Below are positions 25,126-39,855 of a stretch of DNA of 64,000 nt, piece after piece. Numbering within the stretch: the first letter of the stretch is position 1; each line of letters opens with the position of its first letter. The notes below the pieces were generated by a model. It was not told where the DNA came from and ran no database searches. It worked only from the letters and a program-made list of their open reading frames with translations. The stretch lies in NCBI RefSeq assembly GCF_009914755.1, contig NC_060927.1, one strand, 5' to 3'. The translations under genes and the position numbers were made by a program. This DNA comes from the human T2T-CHM13v2.0 reference genome, Homo sapiens.

Positions 25126-28100
25126 TTTTTTTTTTTTTTTTTTTTACTTAAAGTTCTGGGATACATGTGCAGAACGTGCATGTTTGTTACATAGGTATAT
25201 GTGTGCCATGGTGGTTTGCTACACATATTAACCCATAACCTAGGTTTTAACCCACACATGCATTAGCTATTTATCCTTATGTTCTCCCTCCCCTAACCAC
25301 CCCCACAGACAGGCCAGAGTGTGTGTTGTTTCCCTCCCTGCATCCATGTGTTCTCATTGTTCAACACCCACTTATGAGTGAGAAAATGCAGTGTTTGGCT
25401 TTCTGTTCCTGTGTTAGTTTGCTGAGGGTGATGGCTTCCAGCTTCATTCAAGTCCCTGCAAAGGACATGATCTCATTCCTTTTATGGTTGCATAGTATTC
25501 CATGGTGTATATGTACCACATTTTCTTTATCTAGTCTGTCACTGATGGTCATTTGAGTTAGTTCCATGTCTTTGCTATTGTGAATAGTGCTGCTATAAAC
25601 ATACATCTGTATATATCTTTATAATAGAATGATTTTTATTCTTTTGGGTATATTACCCAGTAATGAGATTGCTGGGTCAAATGGTATTTCTGGTTCTAGA
25701 TCATTGAGGAATTGCCACACTGTCTTCCACAATGGTTGAACTAATTTACTTTCCCACCAACAGTGTAAAAGCTTTACTATTTCTCCACAGCCATGCGAGC
25801 AGCTGTCCTTTATTGACTTTTTAATAATCACCATTCTGACTGACATGAGATGGTACCTCATTGTGATTTTAATTTGCATTTCTCTTAAAGATCAGTTAAG
25901 CTTTTTTCAGCCACATAAATGTCTTCTTTTGAGAAATGTCTGTTCAAGCCCTTTGCCCACTTTTTGATAGTGTTGTTTGTTTTTTTCTTGTAAATTTGTT
26001 TAAGTTCCTTGTAAATTCTGGATATTAGATCTTTGGCAAATGGGTAGAATGCAAAAATTTTCTCCCAATCTGTAGGTTGCCTGTTCACCCTGATGATAGT
26101 GTTTTGTTGTTGTTGTTGTTTGTTTTTTGTTGTTTGTTTCTGTGCAGAAGCTCTTTAGTATAATTAGATCCCATTTGTCAATTTTAGCTTTTGTTGCAAT
26201 TGCTTTTGATAATTTCATCATAAAATATTTGCCCATGCCTATGTCCAGAATGGTACTGCCTAGTTTTGCTTCTAGGGTTTTTATGGTTTTGGATTTCACA
26301 TTTACGTCTTTAATCCATCTTGAGTTAATTTTGTATAAGGTATAAAGAAAGGGTCCAGTTTCAGTTTTCTGCATATGGCTAGCCAGTTTTCCCAGCACCA
26401 TTTATTAAATAGGGAATCATTTCCCCATTGCTTGTTTCTGTCAGGTTTGTCAAAGATCAGATGCTTGTAGATGTGTAGTCTTATTTCTGACGTCTCTGTT
26501 CTGTTCCATTGGTCTATATGTCTCTTTTGGTACAAGTACCATGCTGTTTTGGTTACTGTAGCCTTGTAGGATGGTTTGAAGCCAGGTAGCGTGATATCTC
26601 CAGCTTTGTTCTTTTTGCTTAGGATTATGTCAGCTATGCAGGCTCTTTTTTGTTTCCATATGAATTTGAAAGTATGTTTTTCTAATTCTATGAAGAATGT
26701 TGGTGGTAGTTTAATGGGAATAGGACTGAATCTATAAATTACTTTGGGCAGTATGTCCATTTCACAATATTGATTCTTTCTATCTGTGAGGATGGAATGT
26801 TTCTTCATTTGTTTGTGTCCTCTCTTATTTCCTTAAGGAATGGTTTGTAGTTCTACTTTAAGAAGTCCTTAACATCCCTTGTTAAGCTGTATTCCTAGGC
26901 ATTTTATTCTCTTTGTAGCAACTGTGAATGGGAGTTCATTCATTATTTGGTTCTTTGCTCGTCTATTGTTGGTGTATAGGAAGGCTCATGATTTTGGCAC
27001 ATTGATTTTGTATCCTAAGACTATGCTGAAGTTGCTTATCAGCTTAAGGAGATTTTGGGCTGAGACGATGGGGCTTTCTAAATATACAATCATGTTATCT
27101 GCAAACGGTGACAATTTGACTTCCTCCTTTCCTATTTGAATACTTTATTTCTTTCTCTTACCTGATTGCCCTGGCCAGAACTTCCAATATTATGTTGAAC
27201 AGCAGTGCTGAGAGACGACATCTTTGTCTTGTGCCAGTTTTCAAAAGGAATGCTTCCAGCTTTTGCCCATTCGGTATGATATTGGCTGTGGGTTTGTCAT
27301 AAATACCTCTAATTGTTTTGAGATATGTGCCATCAATACTTAGTTTATTGAGAGTTTTTAACATAAAGGGATGTTGAATTTTATTGAAGGCATTTTCTGC
27401 ATCTATGGAGATAATCATGTGGTTTTTGTCATTGGTTCTGTTTATGTGATAGATTACATTTATTGATTTGCATAGGTTGAACCAGCCTTGCATCCCAGAT
27501 ATGAAGCTGACTTATATCATGGTGGATAACCTTTCTGATGTGTTGCTATATTTGGTTTCCCAGTATTTTATTGAGGACTTTAGCATTGATGTTCATTAGG
27601 GATATTGGCCTGATGTTTTCTTTTTTTGTTGTGTCTCTACCAGGTTTTGGTATCAGGATGATGCTGGCCTCATAAAATGAGTTAGAGAGGAGTCCCTCCC
27701 TTTAAATTGTTTAGATTATTTTTTGAAGGAATGGTACCAGCTCCTCTTTGTACTTCTAGTAGAATTTGGCTGTGAATCATCTGGTCCTGGGCTTTTCTTT
27801 GGTTGGTAGGTTATTTATCACTGCCTCAATTTCAGAGCTTGTTATTGTTCTATTCAAGGATTTGACTTTTTTCTTGTTTATTCCTGGGAGGGTGTATGTG
27901 TTCAGGAATTTATTCATTTCTTCTAAATTTCTAGTTTATTTGCAAGAGGTGTTTACAATATTCTCTGATGGTAGTTTGTATTTCTGTGGGGTCAGTGATA
28001 ATATCCCCTTTATTATTTTTGATTCTATTTGATTCTTCTCTCTTTGTCTAGCTAGAGGTCTATTTTATTATTTTTTCAAAAAAAATCAGCTCCTGGATTC

Positions 28101-28170
28101 ATTAATTTTTTTGGAGGACTTTTCATGTCTCAATCTCCTTCAGTTCCGTTCTGATCTTAGTTATTTCTCA
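25126..28170 (-). mobile_element. LINE-1, L1PA8-10-like, 5'-truncated (about 3 kb of ORF2 plus 3'UTR)
   Basis: Poly-T then aagttctgggatacatgtgcagaacgtgca. ORF2 peptides [14 protein letters not shown] and [16 protein letters not shown]. Confidence 0.95.
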
Positions 28171-28309
28171 TTTTAATTTCCAAAACATCATTTTGACAAG
28201 GTGAGAACTATTTTCTAGGCTTCACTGCCCACTAAGAACGAAAGAGAACTAGATAACCCACCATATTCACCAACAGTAACATTCTCCTCAGTTGATTTCT
28301 GGTTGTTTC

Positions 28310-29657
28310 TTCTACTTTTCTTTTTCACCTTTTATTTTAGGTTCAGGGTTATATGTGCAGGGTATATATATGTTACATGGGTAAATTATGTGTCATGAGA
28401 ATTTGGTGTACAGATTATTCCATCATCCAGGGAATGAGTATACTACCTAATAGGTAGTTTTTTAATCCTCACCCTGCTACCTCCCTCCACCTTCAAATAG
28501 ACCCTGGTATCTATTATTTCCTTCTTTGTATCTATGTGTATTCAATGTTTAGCTTCAACTTATAAGACAGAACATATGGTATTTGATTTTCTTTTCTTGC
28601 GTTAATTTGCTTAGGATAAAGGCCTCCAATTCCATACATGTTCTGCAAAAAACACATTATTATTCTTTTATGATTGTATGCTATTCCATGGTGTTTATGT
28701 ACCATAATTTCTTTATCCAGTCTACCATTGATGGGCATTTAGGTTGGTATTATGTATTTTTGCTATTGTGAATAGTACTATAATGAATATAAGCATGCAT
28801 TTGTCTTTATGGTATAACAATTTATATTCCTTTGGCTATATATCCAATAATAGGATGGCTGGGTTGAACGGTAATTCTGTTTAAGGTTCTTTGAGAAATC
28901 TCCAGATGGTTTTCCACAGTCTCTGAACTAATTTACATTCTCACTAGCAGGGTATAAGTATTCCTGACTCTCTGCATCCTCACCAGCCTCTGTTATTTTT
29001 TGACTTTTTAATAATAGCCATTCTGACTGGCATGAGATGCTTTTGATTTCTATTTCTCTAATGATTAGTGATGTTGAGCACTTTTGATATGCTTGTTGGT
29101 AATGCACATGTCTTTTTTTGAGAAGTGTCTGTTCACATCCCTTGCCTATTTTTAATGAGGTTGTTTGATTTTGTTTGCTTATTTAAGTTTTTTCTATATT
29201 GTAAATATTAAATCTTTGCTGGGTGCAAAGTTTGCAAATATTTTATTTTATTCTATAGTTTGTCTGTTTATCTGTCAATAGTGTTTTTTGCTATACAGAA
29301 GGTCTTTAGTTTAATTAGGTCCTACTTGTCAATATTTGTTGTTGTCATTATCGCAATTGCTTTAGGGATCTTTGCCATGAAATCTTTGCCAGGGCCTATG
29401 TCCAGAATGGTATTTCCTAGCTTTTCTTCTAGGATTTTTATAGTTTTAGGCTTTATATTTAAGTCTTTAATCTATCTTGAGTTGATTTTTGTATATGGTA
29501 AAATGTAGGGGTCCAGTTTTAATCTTTGGCATATGTAGCTAGCCAGTTATCCTAGCACCCTTTATTGAATGGAGAGTTCTTTCTTCATTGCTTGACATTG
29601 TCTACTTAGTCAAAGTTCATAGGGTTGTAAGCGTGCAGCTTTATTTCTGCTCTTCTG
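28310..29657 (-). mobile_element. LINE-1, L1PA15/16- or L1PB-like, 5'-truncated
   Basis: ccttttattttaggttcagggttatatgtgcagg...acatgggtaaattatgtgtc 3' end, with the ORF2 C-terminus on the minus strand. Confidence 0.92.
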
Positions 29658-31499
29658 TCATCAAGAGCTCTACCAGTGATCTTCATCAGGAACACTTGGT
29701 TCAGTGTTTTAGAATCACTTGACAGTGATTCTAAAATAACACAAGATAATGCTAAGCTACAGAAACCACATGTATATATACATTGTGACGTAAATTACAC
29801 ACCTTACCTTTATTGCCAAAGTAGTTTGCTTCAGTTATCTATTTTAGGTAATCTGAGCAAAATTACAATGTGAAATGTAAAATAACAAATAGAAAAAATA
29901 GCTTTGCAGCACTTAAATTAATGAGCATTATGAAAATAAATAATTGTATTGAGTGATATAACAGTCTCAGACATTTTATATTTCTGATTCAGCTTAATAT
30001 TTATCACAAATGACTTAAGGAAATTGCTGTGACCTCCAATGTAGAAAAAAGAAAACTGAGGCCCAGATAAGTTTTCACTTGTAGTAAAATTAAATCTTTT
30101 GTATTTAAACATAAGAAAGTTTCATTGCTTAATCAGTAAAAATATACACATCTAATGATTTCAGTTATTTAATATAGCCACACCTAAAATTATATTCAAT
30201 CAATGTGAAATTTATAAGTAAATGTACTCTTTTATTTGACCTAGAGTGTTTATGCCATCTATTATGTTAACAACTTTAAATTATCCAATTAAATTGTAAT
30301 ATTAAGTGCTTAGTGGTATACAAAATAATAAAGGCAATTTCTTCTTTATTGTGTGGGCATTCTAGTGGAAATTTGTTTATGTTTCACAATGTTTGCATAG
30401 GCAATAATGCCGCTTTGCAAATTATGAGCTTGTGTTTTAAATGAGAACATTATTTTAATTATAGAATATCTTACATGGAATATAAAGGCTAGCAATGTAA
30501 TTTTATTTTAATGATCTCGATTTAAAGAAATGCAGCTATCATTTTCTTAATGCTAGTAGGAGCATCATTGTGCTTCCTAACACAAAAGCATTCACATTTG
30601 AATTCAAAAGCATTTTTAAAAATTTTCTGCTTCTTTCCCTGTAGACAAAAGAAAACTATTGGAGCGGTAGTAAGAGAGATCAAACCCAACACTTTACAGA
30701 GAATGAACAATTATCTGTCTCATTTGACCAATCCCTCAAATTTAGCTTTGTACATGGTCATAAAAATCAAGAGTCTACTCAATTTCAGTGAGAGGCTAAA
30801 CCTTTCTGTCTACCAGAGTAAGATCCTGTTCTAGTTTTCACAATAGCTAAAATTACACCACTGGAAATGCTTTGAAAAAAGTAAAATCATCTCTTTTATA
30901 AATGACATGCTTTTGCAATGTTGTACAGTATTTTCACTAGCATTTTGACTTAAATGAACTTAATATATTACTTTGTGCTCTTACACAAGTGACTTAGATC
31001 AATATGAAGTTGCCTTGAGCACAAGGGAAGTGGAAATGGAGAGAAAGAAAAGGTCTGCACTGGATGAGATTCTTTTTCACTGACTGAAATCAAAATTGGA
31101 ATACCTTAAGCAAAAAGGGAAATGACTTACAAAGGTAATGAGGTGTCTCATAAACTACCAGGAAATCAATATAGCTGGGCCTTAGGATTTAATACCAAGC
31201 CCAGTTCCCCATCTTCCACATTTCCTATTCTCTAGGCATTTGTTTTATGCTCTCTGAAGACCCACAATGTGGTTCACATGGCAGAAAACTTGACAGCAGA
31301 GAGCATCTAGTTTAATATCTTATATAAATAGTTTAAACAGCTTCAGCTTCCAGAAAGACTACAAGATTTTATCTCTATCTCAAGGCTTATATTTTTAGGA
31401 GATCACTGTGGCTTCATCTTGAGTATAGAACCTAACTGTGATCAGTTGCACATATATTTAGTTCTAGTGCAAGACTCATGCGTTCTTCCAGTCGTGAGG

Positions 31500-31650
31500 A
31501 TTATAGAATCACAGAATATAAGATCTAGGTTTATGTAAGGTCCTATAATCCAGTCCTTTCATTTTACTTATAAACAAACTGAAGTTTAGAAAGCAAAGTC
31601 AACTTTTTCAAGAGAAGCAGCAGAGACACTGCTTATGCCCCAGTGTCATC
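31500..31650 (-). mobile_element. MIR fragment
   Basis: ttcattttacttataaacaaactgaagtttagaaag. Confidence 0.5.
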
Positions 31651-31739
31651 AAGAGCTAAACTTATTCTGGGTACATATATAAATTGTCAGAACACAATGG
31701 ATACTATATTCTTTCAGTGACCACCGCTCCCCCCAAAAT

Positions 31740-32214
31740 TATTTATCTTAATTTACATAAATTTCAAAACTAATTCAAGTCCAACGGCGCATAAAGGAGA
31801 AAAAAATTCAAAATTAATAAACACATAAATTTTAAACTATATAAAATATAAAAGAAAAAAGGCAAAATTCCCTATTAATACACTTCTCTCCCAGAGGCAA
31901 TCAGTGCTAATAATATCCACTTTGCAATCCCTAATTATGTTCTATACATCATTTGTGTGTATGTGTACACATCTGTGTGAGCTCACTTATGTAAATATGT
32001 ATCAATACAATTTTCAGCATAAATTGCCTTAAATGGATAAATGATCATGAGACTCGCTGTTCTTACTTAACATCTTTACATTCATTGCATATATGTTTAC
32101 TTTTTTAACAGCTACATGACATTGCAATAGTATCTACCTACTATAATTTATTAACTGTCTATTTACTGAGAGATATTTAGGTTGCCTCCAAAATTTTATA
32201 TGATAAACAATAAC
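31740..32214 (-). mobile_element. Ancient L1ME-like 3' fragment (appears to continue at 39178-39350 and 46062-46190)
   Basis: ctctcccagaggcaatcagtgctaataa...tttttaacagctacat...tataatttattaac...gatatttaggttgcctccaa. Confidence 0.65.
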
Positions 32215-33048
32215 GAAGACTGGTAGCACCTCTGTGCTCCCTGGGACCGAGCTCTGTCCCAGGTGAAAGGCCCTCTGCCATTGCCTCTTTCAAAATCCCT
32301 TCACCTGGTGCCCCCACTTGTAGCAGGAAGGCCCACAGCTCTACAGCTGCTACTCCTATTGTGCTCAGGATTAGGAGCAAGAAAAAACTCTAAGGACGAA
32401 CTCAGGCCTCCAGTACAGCACAGCTGCCTTATGGAAAAGCAGCCAGACTGTTTTTCAGGCAGTTTCCTGCCCCTGTTACTCTTCACTGAGCAGGGCCTCT
32501 CAACCTGGCCCCCCAGCACAGCCTCCCTGCCCCAAACTGAACACTTTAGTTGGTGACAGGCCTGTGTTTCTGTGGGGAGAAAATCCCAGAGACGACCCCT
32601 CTCTTTACAGTCCATCTCCTATTACAGCTCCAGTGGTACCACCCTTATGGTCCTAGGCCTAAGGAAGAAAGAAAAAGGGCCTGATTGTGTGGCTGGCATC
32701 TTCAGCATGCTGCAAGCACCATACAGAGATGAGCCCAGCCTCTCTTCTCTGTGAACCTCCACCCTCTACTGCTCAAAATGGAGGGCCCCTGGCTCAGGAT
32801 CACAAAGCAGATGCCCCACCCCCAACTCCAACTGATCATTCCCACTGGTGGTGGCTCTGTTTCCCTGGAGTGCAGCTCCCAGTGGCAACTGATAGCCTCT
32901 CTGCCATTGCCACCACAGTTGTTTTGCCCTTGTTGTCCTCATATTGGGAAATAAGCAGCGTAGGGCTTTATTTGTGCCTCGAGCATGCCAAAGTTGCCAT
33001 ATGGAGAGGAGCCCAATCTCTCTTCTCTGTGAGCCCCTGACACCCTGC

Positions 33049-33201
33049 TGGTGGCGCATGCCTGTAACCCCAGCTACTTGGGAGATTGAGGCAGGAGAAT
33101 CGCTCGAACCCAGGAGGCGGAAGTTGCAGTGAATTGAGATCATGCCATTGCCCTCCAGCCTGGGCAACAAGAGCGAAATTCTGTCTAAAAAAAAAAAAAA
33201 A
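33049..33201 (+). mobile_element. Alu right arm only (AluSp/Sq-like)
   Basis: tggtggcgcatgcctgtaa...gggcaacaagagcgaaattctgtct plus A tail. Confidence 0.92.
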
Positions 33202-34251
33202 TCCAGAAACTAACCCAAATGACTACCCTCAAATAACACCACAGTAATAGGAACACCAGCCCACACAGATGAGAAAGAACCAGGGCAAGAACTCTCACAA
33301 CTCATGAAGACAGAGTGTCTTCTTACCTCCAAATGGCTGCACTAGTTCCTAGGCAATGGCTCTTAACTAGACCCAAATGGCCAAAATGACAGAAATAGAA
33401 TTCAGAATATAGATAGGAATGAAGATCATTGACGTTCAGAAGAAAGTCAAAACCTAGTCCAAGAAATCTGAGTACAATAAAATGATACAGGAGATGAAAG
33501 ATAAAATGGCCATATTAAGAAAGAAACAAACTAATCCGATAGAGCTGAAAAACTAACTTCAGGAATTTCATAATACAATCGCAAATATTAACAGTAGAAT
33601 TGACCAAGCTGGGAAAAGAATCTCAGAGCTTAAAGACCGGTTCTCTGAAATAACTCAATCAGACAAAAATAATTATAAAAAAAAAGAGGAACAAAACCTC
33701 TGAGAAATATGGAATTATGTAAAGAGACCAAATCTGTGACTCATTGGTGTTCCCGAAAGACAGAAAGAGAAAGCAAGCAACTTGGAAAACATATTTGAGG
33801 CTATCATTCAAGAAAATTGGCCAACTTCACTAGAGAGGCCAACGTGCAAATTCAGGAAATGCAGAGAACTTCTGCAAGATACTGTACACATAGGCATCAG
33901 ATTCTCCAAGATCAAGATAAAAGAAAAATGTTAAAGACAGCTAGAGAGAAGGGACAAGTCGCTTACAAAGGTAACTGTCCCAGGCTAACAACAGAAGTTT
34001 CACGAGAAACTCTACAAGCCAGAAGAGATTAGGGGCCTATATTTAGCATCCTTAAAGAAAATAAATTCCAACCCAAAATTTCACATCCACCCAAACTAAG
34101 CTTCGTAAGTGAAGAAGAAATAGGATCCTTTTAAGACAAGCAACTGCTAAGGGAATTTGTTACCACCAGACCTGCCTTACAAGAGGTCCTTAAGGAGGTG
34201 CTAAAAATGAAAAGGAAAGATCATTATCTACCACCACAAAAACACACTTAA

Positions 34252-34746
<495 letters not shown>

Positions 34747-37700
34747 TTGAGTACATAGACCATTAACATTACAATGCAACTACACAATCAAGCTGACATT
34801 AATAACCAGCTAACAGCACAATGATAGGATCAAAGCCATACATATCAATATTAACCTTGAATGTAAATAGCCTAATTGCCCCCAATTCAAGGGCACAGAG
34901 TGTCAAGATGAAAGAAGCAAGACCCAACAGTATGCTATCCTCAAAAGACCCATCTCACATGCAAAGACACCCATAGGCTCAAAATAAAGGGATTAAAAAA
35001 TCTATCAAGCAAATGGAAAGCTGAAAGTAGCATGTCTTAATGTCTGTCTAATTTCAGACATTACAGTGTTTAAACCAATAGTAATCAAAAAAGACAAGGC
35101 CATTACATAATGGTAAAGTGTTTAATTCAACAAGAAGACTTAACTATCCTAAATATATATGAACCCAACACAGGAGCACCCAGATTCATAAAGCAAGTTC
35201 TTAGAGACCTACAAAGAGACAGATAACCACACAATAACAGTGGGAAAGTTCAACACCTTACTAATAGTATTAGATAGACCATTGAGTCAGAAAGCTGACA
35301 GATATTTGGAACCTGAATTCAACATTTGACCAAATGAACCTAACAGACATCTACAGAACTCTTCACCCAAAACCAGTAGAATATGTGTTCTTCTCATTTG
35401 TGCATGACATATACTCTAAAATTAACTACATAGTTATAAAACTATTCTCAGCAAATTTTTAAAAAGAAAATCATATTAAAAACATTCAGATCATAGCACA
35501 ATGAACATATACATTAATACTAAGAAAATTGCTCAAAACTACAAAATTACATGGAAATTAAACAACTTGCTCCTGAAAGACTTTTGGTTAAATAATAAAA
35601 TTAATGCAGAAATCAAGAAATTCTTTGAAACTAATAAGAATAAACATACAACATACCAGAATCTCTGGGACACATCCAAAGCAGTGTTAAGAGGCAAATG
35701 TATAGTACTAAATGCTCACATCAAAAATTAGAAAGACTTCAAATTAACAACATAACATCACACCTAGAGGAACTTGAAACACAAGAGCAAGCAAACCCAA
35801 AAGCCAGCAGAACAAAGGGAATCATCTAAATCCAAGTTGAACTGAAGGAAATTGAGGTGCAAGAAATCATACAAAAGATCAATGAATCCAGGGATTGCTA
35901 CTTTGAAGGAATAAATAAGATAGACATACCACTAGCTAGACTAACAAAGAAAAATAAGAATATCCAAATAAAAATCAGAAATGATGACAGGGGCATTACC
36001 ACTGACCACAGAGAAATGTAAAAAGCACTCAGAGATCATTATAAACAACTCTATACACAAAAACTGGAAAACATAGAGGAAATAGACAAATCCCTGGAAA
36101 CATACAACCTCCAAAGATTAAAGCAGGAAGAAATTGAATCTCTGAAGGGACCAATGATGAATTCCAAAATTGAATTATTAAAAAAAAGTCTGCCAATCAG
36201 AAAAAGTCCAGGAACTGATGACTTCACAGTCAAATTATAGCAGGTGTATAAAGAAAACCTGGTATCATTCCTACTGAAACTATTCCAAAAAATTGATGAG
36301 AAAGAATTTCTCCCTAACTCATTCTATGAGTTCAGCATCATCCTGATACCAAAACCTGGCAAAGACAAAACAAATAAAGAAAACTTCAGGCCAATATCTT
36401 TGATTAACATAGATGCAAAAATTATCAACAAAATACTATTAAACAAAATCTATCAGCATATTAAAATGAACCCACAGGATCAAGTAGTCTTTATCCCTTG
36501 GAAGCAAGGTTAATTCAACATATTTAAATCAATAAACGTTATTCATCACATAAATATAACTAAATAAAACCACATATGATCATCTCAATAGACACAGAAA
36601 GGCTTTCAATAAAATTCAACATCCCTTCATGTGAAAAACTCTCAACAGACAGGGCATCAAAGGAACATGGCTCATAACAATAAAAGCCATCTATGTCAAG
36701 CACACAGCACACATCCTACTGAATGGACAAAATCTGGAAGCATTCTCCCTGAGAACCAGAACAAAATAAGGATGCCCTCTCTCACCACTCCTATACAACG
36801 TAGTACTTGAATTTCTAGCCAGAGCAATTGGGTAAGAAAAAGAAATAAAACTCATCCAAATAGGAAGAGAGGAAGTCAAATTATCTCTGCTTGTAGATTA
36901 CATGATTCGATAGTAGAAAAACCCATTATCTCTTCTCAAAAGTTCCTAGATCTAAAAAAACAACCAGCCAAGTTTTGGGATACAAAATCAATGTAAAAAA
37001 TAGTAGCATTTCTATAAAACAATGTCAAAGCAGATAGTCAAGTCACGAACATAATCCCTCTCACAGTAGCCACAAAATAAATAGAATACCTAGGAATACA
37101 GCTAACCAGAGAGGTGAATATTCTCTAAAATGGGAATTACAAAACACTGCTCAAATAACTCAGATATGACACAAACAAATGGAAAAAAATTCATGCTCAG
37201 GAATAAAAATAATCAATATTGTTAAAATGGCCATACTGCTCAAAGCACTTTACAGATTCAATGCTATTCCTATCAAACTACCAATGACATGCTTCACACA
37301 ATTATAAACTTTAAAAAAATTTGTGTGGAACAAAAAAGAGCCTGAATAGCTAAAACAATCCTAGACAAAGAAAACAAATCTAGAGGCATCACACTACCCA
37401 ACTTCAAACTATACTACAAGGCTAAACTAACTTAAGCAGTATGGTACTGATATTAAAAAAAAAACAAACAGATATGTAGACCAATAGAACAGAATAGAGA
37501 GCCCAGAAATACAGCTACACACAACCATCTGATCTCTGATCTTTGACAAAGTCAACGAAAAGAAGAAATGAAGAAAGGATTCCATATTTAGTAAATGGTG
37601 CTGGGATAACTGTATATCCATATGCAGTAAATTGAAACTAGACCCTTTCCTTATGCCATTTGCAACAATCAACTAAAGATGGATGAAAGACTTAAATGTA

Positions 37701-38525
37701 AAACCAAAAACTATAAAAATCTTAAAAGAAAACCTAGGAAATACCATTCTGGACATAGGCCCTGACAAAGATTTTATGGTGAAGACTCCAAAAGTGAGTG
37801 TAACAAAATCAAAAATTGACAAATGGGACCTAATTAAACTAAATACCTGCACAGCAAAAGACCCTATCAATAGAGTAAACAGACAACCTACAGAATGAGA
37901 GAAAATGTTTGCAAACTATGCATCACACAAAGGTCTAATATCCAGAATCTATAAAGAAATTAAATAAATAAGCAAAAAACAACTCAGTAAGTGGGTACAA
38001 TAAATGAACAGACATTTTTCAAAAGAAGACATACACGTGGCAAACAGGTATATTTTTAAATGTTCAGCATCACTAATCACTAGAGAAATGCATTTCAAAA
38101 CCGCAATGAGATACCACTCCACATCAATCAGAAAGACTATCAATAAAAAATGAAAATAAAAATATATTGGTGAGGTTGCAGAGAAAGGAAACTCTAATAG
38201 GCAGCTTTTGGCAGTGTAAGTTAAATCAACCACTGTGGAAAGCTGTCTGGAGATTTCTTAAAAAACCTTAAACAGAATTACCATTCAACCCAGCTATCCC
38301 ATTATTAGGTAAATACCCAAAGGAATATAAATTGATCTATTATAAGTACACATGCATGCCTATGTTCATCATATCACTATTCACAATAGCAAAAATATGG
38401 ACTCGACCTAAATGCCCATAAATATTAGACTGGCAAACAAGGGATAGTATATATACACCATGGAATAGTACACAGTACACAGCCATAAAAAATAGTAACT
38501 GTGTTCTTTGCAGCAACATGGATGA

Positions 38526-38850
<325 letters not shown>

Positions 38851-39704
38851 AGCTGTAGGTCATTTTTCTAAGCAAACTGATGTAGAAACAAAAAACCAAA
38901 TACCTCATGTTCTCTCTTATGAGTGGGATCTAAACATTGATTACACATGTTCAAATATTTCGATCCTTGTAAGTGGGATCTAAACATTGAGGGTGTAGGG
39001 TAGTGGGAGGGAGAGCATCAAAATACTACCTACCAGTTACTATGCTTATTACCAGGGTGATGTAATAATCTGTACACCATGCCTCTGTGATACATAATTT
39101 ACCTATGTAACAAACCTGGACATGTATCCTTGAACTGAAAATAAACCCTAAAAATAATAATAAATGATAAAAATAATATTGAAACAAATATTTATCTGTA
39201 TACAGTAGTCATCAGATAAATAATATGAAAATTTCAAGTTAAAAAAACATTTTAAAGGAAAACTATATAAATTTAGATTTCCACCAAGACTTATCAGAAT
39301 GTATATTTATCAATCTACTTCCTTTTTGTTTACCATCCATCAAGTATTTCATTTTTTTATTTCAATTTTTTATTTTTGTACTTCAATAGGTTTTTGGGGA
39401 ACAGATGGTGTTTGGTTACATGAACAAGTTCTTTAGTGGTAATTTCTCAGATTTTGGTGCACCCATCACTCGAGCATTGTGCATTGTACCCTATGTGTAG
39501 TCTTTGATCCCTCACCACCCTCCACCTTTTCCTCCAAGTTCTGAAAGTCCAATGTATTATTCTTAAGCCTTTGTATCCTCATAGCTTAGCTCACACATAT
39601 GAGTAAGAACAAAAGTTGTTTGGTTTTCCATTTCTGAGTTATTTCACTTAGAATAACAGTCTCCAATTTAATCCAAGTTCTTTTTATGACTAACTAGTAT
39701 TCCA

Positions 39705-39855
39705 TTATATATATAGATTATATATATGCCATCCCTGCATCCCTGGTATGAAACAAACTTGATCATGGTGTATTATCTTTTTGATATATAATCTATACTA
39801 TATATACACACACACACATACACACACACACACACACATACACATATATACATAC
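39705..39855. repeat. (TA)n/(CA)n microsatellite interrupted by a 60-bp insert
   Basis: tatatata...cacacacaca runs read directly from the sequence. Confidence 0.9.

Noticed and set aside
30620-30675. Strong acceptor ttctgcttctttccctgtAG
   Set aside because: An isolated motif with only a weak nearby donor, expected by chance in T-rich DNA.
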